Translations under genes and position numbers: made by a program
Source of the DNA: Eledone cirrhosa
Lineage: Eukaryota
Length of the DNA: 64,000 nucleotides
Assembly (NCBI GenBank): GCA_964016885.1
Contig: OZ024756.1
Span: 30,008,001-30,072,000 of the forward strand
Reading direction: 5' to 3'
Notes under the pieces: generated by a model
Databases searched by the model: none
Seen by the model: the letters and a program-made list of their open reading frames with translations, nothing else
Told to the model about the DNA's origin: nothing
Shown here: piece after piece, positions 43,363 to 56,460 of the stretch
How the letters are laid out: each line of letters begins with the position of its first letter
How positions within the stretch are numbered: the first letter of the stretch is position 1

Positions 43363-44047
43363 GATATTCACACGCATATATATGTATCTATCTATATAGA
43401 TAGATACATATATTTACAGGCACACTCATATATATATGTGTGTGTGTATGTGTATGTGTGTGTATGTGTGTGTATGTGTGTGTTTGTGTATGTTTGTAAC
43501 GAAGTTGAACTTCTAAATTACTTACACAATCTCTCCGACGGGCTTCCACGTAGTTTCCATCTACTCAATTTCACTCATAATTCTTGGTTGAACCTAAGAC
43601 TATGTTCAAGACACTTTCCCCAATAAATACCACGCAATACGATTGAACCTGGTACTTGAACCAATCAACTATTATCTGTGAAAAAAAAAAACAATGTAAT
43701 AGAGACGACTTGGATGCGTCTGATCACGGATGTGCTCAATCATAACTGGTTGCCTGGGGTTAAATAACTTAAAAACATAAAAAACAAAACAAAACAAAAA
43801 TTGTGAACAAATCCAAATGTCTATGTCTTAACTCCTTAATTTGTTGTGTTCTTGGAGAATGTTTGAAAAAATAAAGACTTGATAGTCACAGGTAGAACAC
43901 ATTTGATGATAAGCCAGCTTCATCAGAGCTGGCCTGGGGTTAAACTACTAGACCCCCCCCCCCCCCCCCGAAATTAAAATAAATAAATAAACTAACCCAA
44001 ATCTTAATTTGTCGCCTTCTTGGAGAATATTTTGAAAAAAAAGAAAA

Positions 44048-44458
44048 TAATGGTTTCTTATATAAGCACAAGGCCAGCAATTTTGGAGGGGGGGGGGGAG
44101 TCGATTAAATCGACACCCAGTGTGTGACTGGTACTTTATTTTATCGACCCCATAAGGATGAAAGCCAAAGTTAATCTCGGCAGGATTTGAACTCAGATCA
44201 TAAAGGGCCGTAACTCTATGCTGCAAAGTATGGCGTCCGACCCTCTACTGCTACTGCCAATCCACCACCGAAAGAAATAATAATTGTTTCTACTTTAGGC
44301 ACAAGGCCAGCAATCACCAGTTCATTACTGGTACTTTATTTTATCGACCCCGTAAGGATGAAAGGCAAAGTCAACCTCGGCGGGATTTGAACTCAGATCG
44401 TAAAGGGACGTAACTATGCTGGAAAGCATGGCGTCCGACCCTCTACCGATACTGCCAA
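44048..44458 (-). mobile_element. Two head-to-tail tRNA-derived SINEs
   Basis: 44048-44268 and 44280-44458 match the family. Confidence 0.9.
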
Positions 44459-44475
44459 TAGAAATAATAATAAAG

Positions 44476-44825
44476 ACGTGATAGTCACGGGTAGAACACG
44501 TGTGATCAAAAGCCAGCTTGATCAGAGCTGTCCTGGGGTTAAACCACGTGATAGTCATGGGTAGAAAACGTTTGATCAAAAGCCAGCTTGATCAGAGCTG
44601 TCCTGGGGTTAAACCACGTGATAGTCATGGGTAGAACACGTTTGATCAAAAGCCAGCTTGATCAGAGCTGTCCTGGGGTTAAACCACGTGATAGTCATGG
44701 GTAGAAAACGTTTGATCAAAAGCCAGCTTGATCAGAGCTGGCCTGGGGTTAAACCACGTGATAGTCATGGGTAGAAAACGTTTGATCAAAAGCCAGCTTA
44801 ATTTGAGCTGGCCTGGGGTTAAACC
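44476..44825. repeat. 70-bp tandem repeat, 5 copies
   Basis: Units at 44476, 44546, 44616, 44686 and 44756; older monomer at 43878-43945. Confidence 0.95.
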
Positions 44826-45255
44826 ACCAAGAAAAACACTAAAACCCAAATTGTGTATGACTCAGTACATCATTTTGGATTAATTTGCCACATAATACTA
44901 TAATAACTAGAATTGATGATGGTACCAGAGCTATTAGAGCCATTAGTGTTTATGAGAATAGATCGTACATAATACTTGTTATTTGGAAACAACAAAACAA
45001 CACCCGGATACCAAATGATAGTTTACCACCACTTACACCTTTACTTTCACCTTCTCTTTTTCCTACTCTTTCTCCTTCTCTATCTCTACCCCCACCCCCT
45101 CCTCCATCTCCTCCTTCTCATCCGCCGCCTCCTCCTCCTCCTCCACCATCTTTTCCTCCTTCCACCTACGCCTTTTCGACCTCTTCTTTTTCTCCCCCCC
45201 TCTCTTCCTCCTTCCGACATCGTTCCTCCTCTTCGCCCCCCCCCCACCCCTCCTA

Positions 45256-45757
45256 GTGGTGATGGTGGTGGTGGTGGTGGTGGTGGTGGTGTTGTTGTGA
45301 TGGTGTTGATATTGTGGTGATGGTGGTGATGGTGGTGGTGGTGGTGGTGATGGTGATGATGGTGGTGGTGGTGGCGATGGTGGTGATGGTGATGGTGGTA
45401 GTGGTGATGGTGGTGATGGTGGTGGTGGCGATGGTGGTGATGGTGATGGTGGTAGTGGTGATGGTGGTGGTGATGGTGATGGTGGTGATGGTGGTGGTGG
45501 CGATGGTGGTAGTGGTGATGGTGGTGGTGGTGGTGTTATGGTGATGGTGGTGGTGGTGATGGTGATAGAAGAGGTGATGGTGGTGGTGATGATGGTGATG
45601 ATGATGATGATGATGATGGTGATGATGATGGTGATGATGATGGTGATGATGGTGCTGATGATGGTGATGATGGTGCTGATGATGGTGATGATGAAGTCGA
45701 TGATGGTCGTGGTGGTGGTGCTGCTGCTGGTGAATTTGATGATGATGATGACGACAC

Positions 45758-45788
<31 letters not shown>

Positions 45789-45921
45789 GTTAACGATAAT
45801 AAGGACGACAATAATGACGATAACGATTGTGACGATGATGATGATGATGATAATGCTGATGATGATGACAATAATGACGATAATAACGATAATGATGATG
45901 ATAATGATGATGATGATGATA

Positions 45922-45963
<42 letters not shown>

Positions 45964-45978
45964 GTGGTGATGATGACG
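45256..45978. repeat. (GGT/GAT)n microsatellite
   Basis: Directly visible. Confidence 0.95.
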
Positions 45979-46165
45979 AAGCTCAGTATTATAGTAACGA
46001 GAATAAAGAAAAACAAAAGAGAAAGCCAATCAATAATATAATACATGAATATCAGGTTGTGTAATTAAGGCTAATTAATCTTAATTAGCATCATTTTTAT
46101 TTATAGAAGCATTCGTAGTATTTTTCTGCTCCTTATGGACTTCCGTAAGTTTTACAGTTTATTGA

Positions 46166-46630
46166 GTGAAATGGAAAGGGAAATGGAAAAGGAATTTCTT
46201 CAGAGCTGCTGTGGAATCTGTGCTTGTTTATGGCTCTATCACTTGGACGCTAACGTCGAACCTGGAGAAAAAGCTAGGCGGGGCATACACACGTATGCTC
46301 CGTTCTGCTTTAAACGTGTCTTGGAGGGAACAGCCAACAAATAAGGATCTCTATGGCAATATACCACCTATCAGCAGGTCAATACGTGGACAGAGACTCA
46401 GATTTGCTGGCCACTGTTGGCGCAGCAAGGAAGAAATAGCAGGTGATGTGTTGTTATGGAGTCCATCTCATGGAGCAGGAAACGCTGGTCGTCCCAAGAA
46501 GACATACGTCAAGCAACTTGAGGACGATACTGGATGCATTGCGGAAGAACTGGCAAACGCTATGAGAGACAGAGATGGATGGAGGAAACGTGTCGTAGAA
46601 AGCCGAGCAAGCTCGACCTGATGATGATAT
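46166..46630 (+). mobile_element. RTE-type LINE 3' end, frame intact for ~150 codons
   Basis: VESVLVYGSITWTLT..YTRMLR..QRLRFAGHCWR..GRPKKTY..MRDRDGWR, then a (TGA)n tail. Confidence 0.9.
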
Positions 46631-46721
46631 TGAGTGAATAAAAGAAATATAATATGAACATAGCTATTTATGGATGGTTGTATTATATCTATGAGAACAC
46701 GCACGTACACATATATATATA

Positions 46722-46970
46722 CTGAGGATGAAGAACTCAGAGCTGTACAGGAGCCTCCCAAAAGTCAGCTCGAGAGTAGCACAGAGGAGACTGAGGTTAG
46801 CTGGACATGCTCACCGACATCCAGAGTTGACATTGCACTCAGTGCTCCTGTGGGAGACGCTGCATGAACACACTGGAAGAAGGGATTGAGGTTGACATAT
46901 GTTGATGTCCTAAGGAGAGACACTGGTCTCTTGGAGACGATGATGAGGGATAGAGACCGCTGGAGAGAAA
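46722..46970 (+). mobile_element. Second, older RTE-type 3' fragment
   Basis: RRLRLAGHAHRHPELTLHSVLLWE..LTYVDVLRRDTG..MRDRDRWR. Confidence 0.8.
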
Positions 46971-47004
46971 TCACACATACACACACACATACATATATAT
47001 ATAT

Positions 47005-47505
47005 ATAGTTAAAGAATGAAGAGTAATATGGTTGGCTGTACAACAATGGGCTTTATTTAAAGTACTGACAATTGTTTCGTTGATCAGGTGTGTCTAGAGT
47101 TCGCTAATCGCTTGAGGTTGCGTCATTCGATCTCCAATACATTATTTACCTCTGGTCAACATATCAGAGTACATATCTACTTACTCTGATGTGTTGACCA
47201 GAGGTAAATAATGTATTGGAGATCGAATGACGCAACCTCAAGCGATTAGCGAACTCTAGACTCACCTGATCAACGAAACAATTGTCAGTACTTTAAATAA
47301 AGCCCCTTGTTGTACAGCCAACCATGTTACTCTTCATTCTTTAACTATTATTACTCCAAGTATAACCTGCATAGAAATTACCGCGAACTCACTGAATAAC
47401 TATGGAAGCATCTTGTTGAGTTAAGCAAAGTCGTACGTTAAAACTATCCACAACGCAGAGTACTCACAACCTCTAACTGGATTACCTATAACGATAACTT
47501 GTTAT

Positions 47506-47508
<3 letters not shown>
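47005..47508 (+). mobile_element. Fold-back PLE end with 167-bp arms and an unpaired tail
   Basis: Arms 47005-47171 and 47182-47348; (TA)n flanks. Confidence 0.85.
47182..47290 (+). ncRNA. HHR-like motif with a long stem II insert (core variant CTGATGT)
   Basis: TACT CTGATGT GTTGAcCAG...CTGaTCAAC GAAA CAATTG TC AGTA; AATAAA at 47296. Confidence 0.65.
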
Positions 47509-47538
<30 letters not shown>

Positions 47539-47608
47539 AAGGTACAATGGTGTTTAAGTACGTTTTCAGATAAAATATATAAAATTGTATTCGTGAAATA
47601 ATAAACGA

Positions 47609-47691
<83 letters not shown>

Positions 47692-47804
47692 GTATGTATA
47701 TGTTTATATACATATGTATATGTTATCACAAAACATCCAGCCCACACGTGTATGTGTCACGACAAAGAGTACTCAGCCCACACTATAATGTGGTCGTGTG
47801 GATG

Positions 47805-47880
47805 TCATGTAAAAAGCACCCAAATGTGGTTGGCGTTAGGAAGGGTATCCATCCGTAGAAAACCAGCCAGAAGCAGTCAT
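47805..47880 (+). mobile_element. SINE fragment
   Basis: gtaaaaagcaccc..gtggttggcgttaggaagggtatcca resembles a recalled octopus repeat consensus. Confidence 0.55.
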
Positions 47881-48271
47881 ATATGAGCGAGACATTGTCC
47901 TCCCACCCAACAAATATATCTATATATATATAGATAGATAGATAGGTAGGTAGATAGATAGATAGATAGATATAAAGAAAGAAAGATAGATAGATAGCTA
48001 TGTATAGAGGTAAATCGATGCAGATATTGCGTTAAATATAAGGATAAAGAGATAGATAGTTAGAGTTAAAATATATAAAATGCATCTATGTACTTGTGTG
48101 TGTATGTGTGTGTGTGTGTGTTTGTGTGTGTGTTTGTGCCTGTGTGTGTGAGTGTGTGTCTGTGAGTGCGTGTGTGTATAGGAGCTTGCACGAGTATAAA
48201 TAAATAGTAAGAAAGGTCAGCGAACTCTTTACCTCGAGGTCACAAGAGAATGTCAGATAATAGAAAAGATA

Positions 48272-48366
<95 letters not shown>

Positions 48367-48427
48367 TATATATATATTATATGTATATATATATATATAT
48401 ATAAATATATATCTGTATATATATATA

Positions 48428-48535
<108 letters not shown>

Positions 48536-49125
48536 ATATATATATATATGTATATATATATACACATACACACACATATATATATATATCATATGTATAT
48601 CATATATATATATATACATACACACACACACACATACATACATATAGGCTTTAAGAAGTACGGCCGTGTGGAGAGCAGAGCAGAGCAGACGACACTTTGA
48701 AAATGGCCGTTTGATATTTAAATATGTTTATTCGGTGGACTCCCCGCTGAATCTACCTTCACGTGATTCTACTTAACAAGCTTATACAAACAAATTACAA
48801 TTTAACAAGATTTTTCTCCCTCATTTTCTTTCTCTACCTTTCTTCGTTATTCTTTCCCTTTCGCTTTTGTTGTTGCTATTTTCTGTGTTTTTGCTATCGT
48901 TGTTGTTGTTTGTTTGTCGTTCATTTCGACTCGAAGAAGGGGAGAAGTCAGTTTTTCTTGTTGCTTGCTGAATATATCTACATTGCACATATACATATAC
49001 ACGCAGAAACGCATACCGATACACACACACCTGTGAGTGTACATACATATACACTAACGCACAAATAGACGAATACACAGCATAGAATGTAAGAATTTGA
49101 GAGTTACATGGAATTCTCAATGTCG

Positions 49126-49195
<70 letters not shown>

Positions 49196-49436
49196 GTATC
49201 TATCTCCATCTACGTTATGGTGGTGTCCCTACATTCTCCAACCTTGCATCTCATACTGTGGCCCATAGATATAGTTTTAATGGCTTTTCTTAAAGAAGGG
49301 TCAGTCCTCCTCACCAGCAAAATAATTAATCTGTTCGCTTTCTTATTTATTATTTCTACTTTATTATTCATTTTGTTTAAACCTTCTGTAACTCAATACA
49401 TGATCATATTCAAAAGGCTCACAAAACTGAAGCCTA

Positions 49437-49563
<127 letters not shown>

Positions 49564-49631
49564 CACACGCACACGCACCCCCCCACACGCACACACACAC
49601 ATATATATATATATAATATATATATTATATA

Positions 49632-49664
<33 letters not shown>

Positions 49665-49863
49665 AATATAAATTTAGCGAGAATCGCATTTCGGCGGGTA
49701 GAAATTAGCGAAACGCAACTTCCGTATTGTGCAGACAAGCGCTCCATGGATATGAAGAAGAAGATACCAGAGCTATAAACATAAGTTAGAATGGTCATAC
49801 ACGCTGAGACGATGGTTAAGAAGCCATTAACCACCATAGCCAAAAAAGCGAACAAGCTAAACG

Positions 49864-49865
<2 letters not shown>
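49665..49865 (+). mobile_element. Family E TA-embedded dispersed repeat
   Basis: Homolog of 19633-19836. Confidence 0.7.
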
Positions 49866-49922
<57 letters not shown>

Positions 49923-50233
49923 CTGAAATCTCCATCCCTATGTTAGTCATATTTTATCCACATATTAGCTTTAAGCATATAACTAGAACCTACAGCCATA
50001 GAAATTACAGTATGATATAGCCACTGGTGAAACTTCAAAGTATCTAGCAACATTTTCTTTGTAAAAATAAACATTTCACTCTAGATACATGTATTAAGTG
50101 CTCTGAAGACAAAAACGATTTTGTTTTGCATTTGAAAAGAGGATACTAACCCAGAAATATTATGTTGAATATATTGGGTAAAAACATTGTTTTGTTATAT
50201 ATATATATATATGTATCATTATTACTATCTATA

Positions 50234-50520
50234 GGTGGATTGGCAGTATCGGTAGGGGGTCGGACGCCATGCTTTCCAGCATAGTTATGTCCCTTTCAAA
50301 TCCCGCCGAGGTTGACTTTGCCTTTCATCCTTACGGGGTCGATAAAATAAAGTATCAGTAATGCACTGGGTTATTGCTGGCCTTGTGCCTAAAGTAGAAA
50401 CAATTATTACTATCTATATAGGTTAACTTTGCCTTTCATCCTTACGGGGTCAATAAAATAAAGTGCCAGTAATGTACTGGTTAATTGCTGGCCTTGTGCC
50501 AAAAGTAGAAACAATTATTA
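50234..50520 (+). mobile_element. tRNA-derived SINE with a duplicated 3' half
   Basis: Central domain plus tail present twice. Confidence 0.9.
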
Positions 50521-50669
50521 CTATCTATATAGGTTATTAGGATGATCAGTGTTGCTTGAACCAAGCAATCGACCTGCAATAGCGTAGACAGACGGAAGAT
50601 CTTGACGCAGTGACTGACACAAAGTATTAGGTATATGGTATCAGGCCAAGTATCACTGTTAAGGAAAGG

Positions 50670-50772
50670 AAGAGAGAAGTATCTGATATTGAACATTACT
50701 TTATTTCATTACATCATCCCGGGATTATGTAATGAAATTAAGTAGTTTTGAATATGTTATACCGTCTCTCTT
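50670..50772. repeat. Decayed palindrome centred on atcccgggat
   Basis: tactttatttcattacatcatccc / gggattatgtaatgaaattaagta. Confidence 0.75.
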
Positions 50773-50820
50773 GTTTTGTATATATATATATATATATATA
50801 TATGTTTATATATACATATA

Positions 50821-50995
50821 AACAGTCGATCAACTTTCGTCAAATTGGTCTTTCTAATTGCTAATACTCCACGTAGAAGGAGCAACGTGAAATAAAGTGT
50901 CTTGCTCAAGGACATACCAGATTGCCCGGTCCGTGAATCGAACTCACAAACTCACGATTGAGAATCCAATTCTCTAACCACTCAGCCACGCGCCT
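50821..50995 (-). mobile_element. Second tRNA-SINE family
   Basis: Reverse complement of the 52172-52393 type. Confidence 0.8.
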
Positions 50996-51035
50996 TTACA
51001 CACGCACACACACACATATATATATATATATATAC

Positions 51036-51130
<95 letters not shown>

Positions 51131-51239
51131 AATAAATAAATATATATATTGTTATGCTTTGCTCTCCTTTGTTCTGTCCGACGCTATCTTCAAGATGGCA
51201 TAGGACAGAACAAAGGAGAGGCACAAAAAACAAAGAAAA

Positions 51240-51470
51240 TAATCCCCAGTCACTGAAGAGGTCACTTTGACAATATATGAACAATCGTCTGGTTGAGGAA
51301 CCAATCAACCAACCGGAAATTTATAAATTTAATTTATAATAAATTGAAGTGAAAGTAACTGGTGCGTGTGTTTCTTATTGGCAACATGACCCTCCCAAAG
51401 TATAACAATATCGGTTTCAACACACGTTTTCAGATAAAGAATCTTGCTAAACAAATTCAGAAACGAAATA
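51240..51470 (+). mobile_element. Family C PLE end with an internally deleted HHR
   Basis: GTCA CTGAAGA GGTCAC tt TGAC; downstream sequence is reverse-complement homologous to 8785-9010. Confidence 0.7.
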
Positions 51471-51920
51471 TATATATATATATATAGTAATAATAATAAA
51501 TTTGAAGACTAAAATCCAAAGAGGGCACGATAAGGGTGAAAGCAGCGATTCTTTGCTTAAACTTTAATCTGTTATTTTAATTAATATATATATATACACG
51601 CATACACACACACATATATATATATATATGCATATATATATACATACATATGTATACATACGCCCACACACATATATAAATATAATACATACACACATAT
51701 ATATATGTATGTGTATGTGTATGTATAGGTAGAGAGAGAGAGAGAGAGAGTGAGAGAGAGAGTGACTGAGAGAGAGAGAAAGAGAAAGGAACTATGTATA
51801 AAAATACAATGTTATCAGTTTGAGATAAGCAGCCATATGATATTACGAACTTTCTAGTGCTCTTCCTGTTGATCCAGAGATTTAGCTGTGTTCAAGGCCA
51901 ATGACGTAATGGCGTATATG

Positions 51921-52008
<88 letters not shown>

Positions 52009-52171
52009 GTAATAATAATAAATTTGAAGACTAAAATCCAAAGAGAGCTCGATAAGGATAAATATATATCAAATATATAAGAACCATAGAGCAAATATTT
52101 ATTAAAATAACAGATTCAAGTTTAAGCAAAGAATCGCTGCTTTCACCCTTAACGGGATCTTATATATATAT

Positions 52172-52393
52172 ACGGCGTGGGGCTGAGTGGTTAGTCAGTT
52201 GGATTAGCAATCGTGAGGTTGTGAGTTCGATTCCTGGACCGAGCGGGCGATGGGTTATGTCCTTGTGACTCTTTATTTCACGTTGCTTCTTCCACCTGAA
52301 GTTACGACCGATAGATAGTATTAGCAATTGGAAAGACCAACGGAAACATTGTTTCCTCGGTCCGATTTGACGAAAGTCGACGATCGACTGTCG
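52172..52393 (+). mobile_element. Second tRNA-SINE family, near full length
   Basis: A-box-like ggctgagtgg, B-box gttcgattcc, tgtccttg..tttatttcacgttgct core, tail gacgaaagtcga. Confidence 0.85.
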
Positions 52394-52404
52394 ACCCCCC
52401 CCCC

Positions 52405-52446
<42 letters not shown>

Positions 52447-52447
<1 letters not shown>

Positions 52448-52615
52448 ACGAAGGAAATGTGGTAAGGAACCAGGTGGACCATAACGCACCAAAGTACTCA
52501 ATACTTAATGTAGTATAGTGGGTAATAGGAACGAGTAGGACCCCGACGGCTAAGCTCAAGCCGTTTCGACGTCGAAACGGCTTGAGCTCAGCCGTCGGGG
52601 TCCTACTCGTTCCTA
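52447..52615 (-). mobile_element. Family A fold-back PLE end
   Basis: Loopless turn gtttcgac|gtcgaaac at 52570/52571; (TA)n flanks. Confidence 0.85.
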
Positions 52616-52938
52616 TATATATATATATATATATCGGCCGCGAAGAGGCTGCTGTCGTTCATTTATCAAATATTTCTTCATAGGAGCCTTTATTCTTATA
52701 GCCTGGTCTAATTGATGTTTTATGTGGTTAATTATGCTAATTGGGAGAGGAAATGGTGTATATATTTTATCATATGATTCTATGGACATACTTTTGATAT
52801 ATTGCTCTGATTATTTAATTTATTAATTCTTCATTGAGCCACAACGTGACAGGTTGCCACATATATATCTGTGACTTTGTTTAGTTTGTATATATGTAAA
52901 TCTTTATATTTTATATATATATTAAGTTATATATTAAG

Positions 52939-52992
<54 letters not shown>

Positions 52993-53196
52993 CTTTATCC
53001 TGATTTCAATCGGGGTTAACCATAGTATGTAAGGTACTCAATACATAGCAGATTATAAGTATTTAATATTGAAATGCCTTCTACAGGACTAAAACTGTTT
53101 CATTCGGGAGAAATCATCAGGGGCTTCCTCATGATTTCTTCCGAATGTAACAGTTATAGTCCTGTAGAAGCCACACATACAATATACATGTATGTA

Positions 53197-53288
<92 letters not shown>

Positions 53289-53305
53289 TATATTTATGTA
53301 CATGC

Positions 53306-53364
<59 letters not shown>

Positions 53365-53381
53365 TATATTTATGTACATGC

Positions 53382-53434
<53 letters not shown>

Positions 53435-53545
53435 AGATTACGGATCCTTTTCTTTCACTTCAGCATTTTTCTTATTTTCCCCTATTTTCCCTTTTTATTC
53501 TTGTATTTTTGTTACTTAGTTAGTTTGTTTCATTCTTTCTTTCAC

Positions 53546-53621
<76 letters not shown>

Positions 53622-54025
53622 TCATCTCTTCTGTCTTTCTCACCATTTATCAATCCGTCTTCATCTGTATCCTGGTCGTCTCACTCACACTCACTTTCTC
53701 TCTCCGTCCTATCCCCTTATGTATAGCCCCACACCAGCTTATCCACCCGCTCCCCACCCTGCCGACCATGATAACGTTAATAGATATACCCCGGCACCCC
53801 CGCGATAACGTGAACTTCTCCGAATTTCGAACATCTGCCCGCTCTCACTGCTTAATGACTCACTGATAACGATGACCTGATGTTTGAACTAATAGAAAGC
53901 TTAAGTCCCACCCTGGGACATACTGTCACTTATTCACACACACGCAACCCCCCTACACACACATATACATATATATATTTATGTGCGTGTAATATTTAAA
54001 TACACTCACGCATATATTTATACAT

Positions 54026-54098
<73 letters not shown>

Positions 54099-54104
<6 letters not shown>

Positions 54105-54397
54105 TTCAAAATATTAACAAATATAGATGGTTAAAATTCAGTCATGGCATGACTGAATTTTAACCATCAACATGGTCAAGGTATGTCAAGAATCAACTTA
54201 TTTTATCTGATGAGGACCTACTGTTGAAAATAGCTCAGTACCTCTGAAATATGTAAAATATACTTGATCACATGAATGTCTATATTTGTTAATATTTTGA
54301 ATTAATATTAATAACTCCAGAAAACCATTACTGTGGAGTGCTTCTAATCTATTGTGAAACTGTATTCATTGATTTATTCATTGAACCTTGTTTAACC

Positions 54398-54405
<8 letters not shown>
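54099..54405 (+). mobile_element. PLE-end unit with an inverted terminus, a 43-bp palindrome and an HHR
   Basis: 54099-54126 inverted vs 54279-54307; palindrome 54126-54168; (TA)n flanks. Confidence 0.75.
54201..54260 (+). ncRNA. Type I hammerhead ribozyme, partly decayed
   Basis: CTGATGA GGAccTACTG...CAGTAccTCT GAAA TATG TA. Confidence 0.65.
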
Positions 54406-54447
<42 letters not shown>

Positions 54448-54455
54448 AATACACA

Positions 54456-54539
<84 letters not shown>

Positions 54540-54547
54540 AATACACA

Positions 54548-54608
<61 letters not shown>

Positions 54609-55039
54609 TTATATATATATATATATACATGCAAGAATACATACATACACATACATACATCTTATAGTAGTAAGAATGACTTCTACCATGAAACCCGTCA
54701 TCCTGACCCCAGGCGCCAATCCACATAATATATTTAAGTTAAATGGTTTAACTGTTGGAAACTTATAGACAGCTAAGGAATGGACCTCCGTCGGTTTCGG
54801 TGATATGTGTTAAGTTTGTGACATTCGTCCTTCGGAGTTGGAGACAACCACGGTTTCGATTCTGGAAGGAGGATCTTTGGCCGCGGGCCCAAAGCTGGCT
54901 GAGGAGGCCCATCTGGTCCCGGAAACCACAATGTGAGTTAATGTTGTTATATCAAATGACCAACCAGCTCATGAATTTAACATGGAAGTGGTTGTGTGCT
55001 CCCCCCCCTCCCCACACACTCATACACATGTGCCTTTAA

Positions 55040-55255
55040 CATTATTCTCAGGGAGATTCAGCGTGGCTCAGTGCATGTCACACACTACTGCTCCTTTGAA
55101 TTTAAAGGCAAGTCCACCCGAGGTTAGTTTTGCCTTTCATTCTTACGGGGTCGAGCTGATAAAATAAAGTACCAGTAATACACTGGGGTGGATTTATACG
55201 ACTCTCCATTACAGCAAAAATCGTTGGCCTCGTTCTTACTAAACCAGAAACCATT
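55040..55255 (+). mobile_element. Degenerate SINE
   Basis: gcctttcattcttacggggtcga..ataaaataaagtaccagtaatacactgggg. Confidence 0.75.
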
Positions 55256-55587
55256 ATATTACATATTATCTAGAAGAGAGGTAATTGGAATAGATTTGAC
55301 AAGCACTTGGGAAAATATTTGAAACTTGTAAATGATACACAATAACAGTAGACATGCTCAACTTAGTCTATTTTATTATTATTTTATTTTTCTAAGGCAT
55401 CGTAGTAAATTAAGAACTATTATTAGTTAGTAAACTACCATGCTAGTCTTATACACACACACACAGACACACACAGACACACATATACACCAACACTTAT
55501 GTACGCCCACGATCATGTACACACTCATGTAAGCAAATAGGTACGGATGTAGTCTTACGCACATACACTTACATATTTGTATGTACG

Positions 55588-55635
<48 letters not shown>

Positions 55636-55878
55636 CACGCACAGATCATGTTTTGCCACTATCAAGTCAAGTACAGTTGTCTCCCCGGAAGAAAAAATAT
55701 GTTGTTTATTATTATTAGAAAAAATTATTATTTTGTTTCTCAGTAGAGAATTACCGCCCTTTTCGTGTGACTATAACTCTTTGAGTTAACGTTAACCATT
55801 TCGACGCCATCTTGGATTTAAAGTTGTTTTTCTTTAAAGATTAACAATGTGTGCCTGACAGATCGATCGGTTGGCAAA

Positions 55879-56460
55879 TTAAACCCTTTCATTACCATAT
55901 TTCAAATAAACGACATTGCCTGTTTTTTTTAAAAACCTTTCGAAAATAATCAAGAATTTGTAGAGATTTAGTAATTTTTCTCTAATTTTCTCCTTATTAA
56001 GTTGGTGTTTAGGACGCAAAGTTAACCTTTTCATTGCCATATTTCCAATAAAAGACTCCCTATGTTTTGGGAGACAACTAACTTCCTCACAATTAATTTA
56101 ATGTTCAACACATAACTTAAACCCTTTATATTTCTATTAAAATACACTGCATGTTTTTCAAATTATTTTGAAAATAATCAAGAATTTGGAGGTATTTAGT
56201 AATATAATTAAATTTCTTATTATTAAGTTGTTGTTTACAACATAATTTAAACCCTTTCATTTCCATATTTCTATTAAAATACACTGCCTATGTTTTTCAA
56301 ATTATTTTGAAAATAATCAAGAATTTGGAGGTATTTAGTAATATAATTAAATTTCTCATCATTAAGTTGTTTGCAACATAATTTAAACCCTTTCATTACC
56401 ATATTTCTAATAAAAGACACCACTAAAACTCTCAAATCTTTTTGAAAACAATCAAGAAAT
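55879..56460. repeat. About 5 tandem 100-140-bp units derived from a piggyBac-like MITE left end
   Basis: ttaa(a)cc(c)ttt at about 55879, 56022, 56117, 56247 and 56383. Confidence 0.7.

Noticed and set aside
46055-46095. TAATTA clusters as homeodomain enhancers (also near 42650 and 52730)
   Set aside because: Such clusters are expected in AT-rich DNA and cannot be supported without conservation data.
52172-52245. tRNA gene
   Set aside because: A- and B-box-like motifs are present, but the sequence continues into a multi-copy SINE body and I could not fold a complete cloverleaf.
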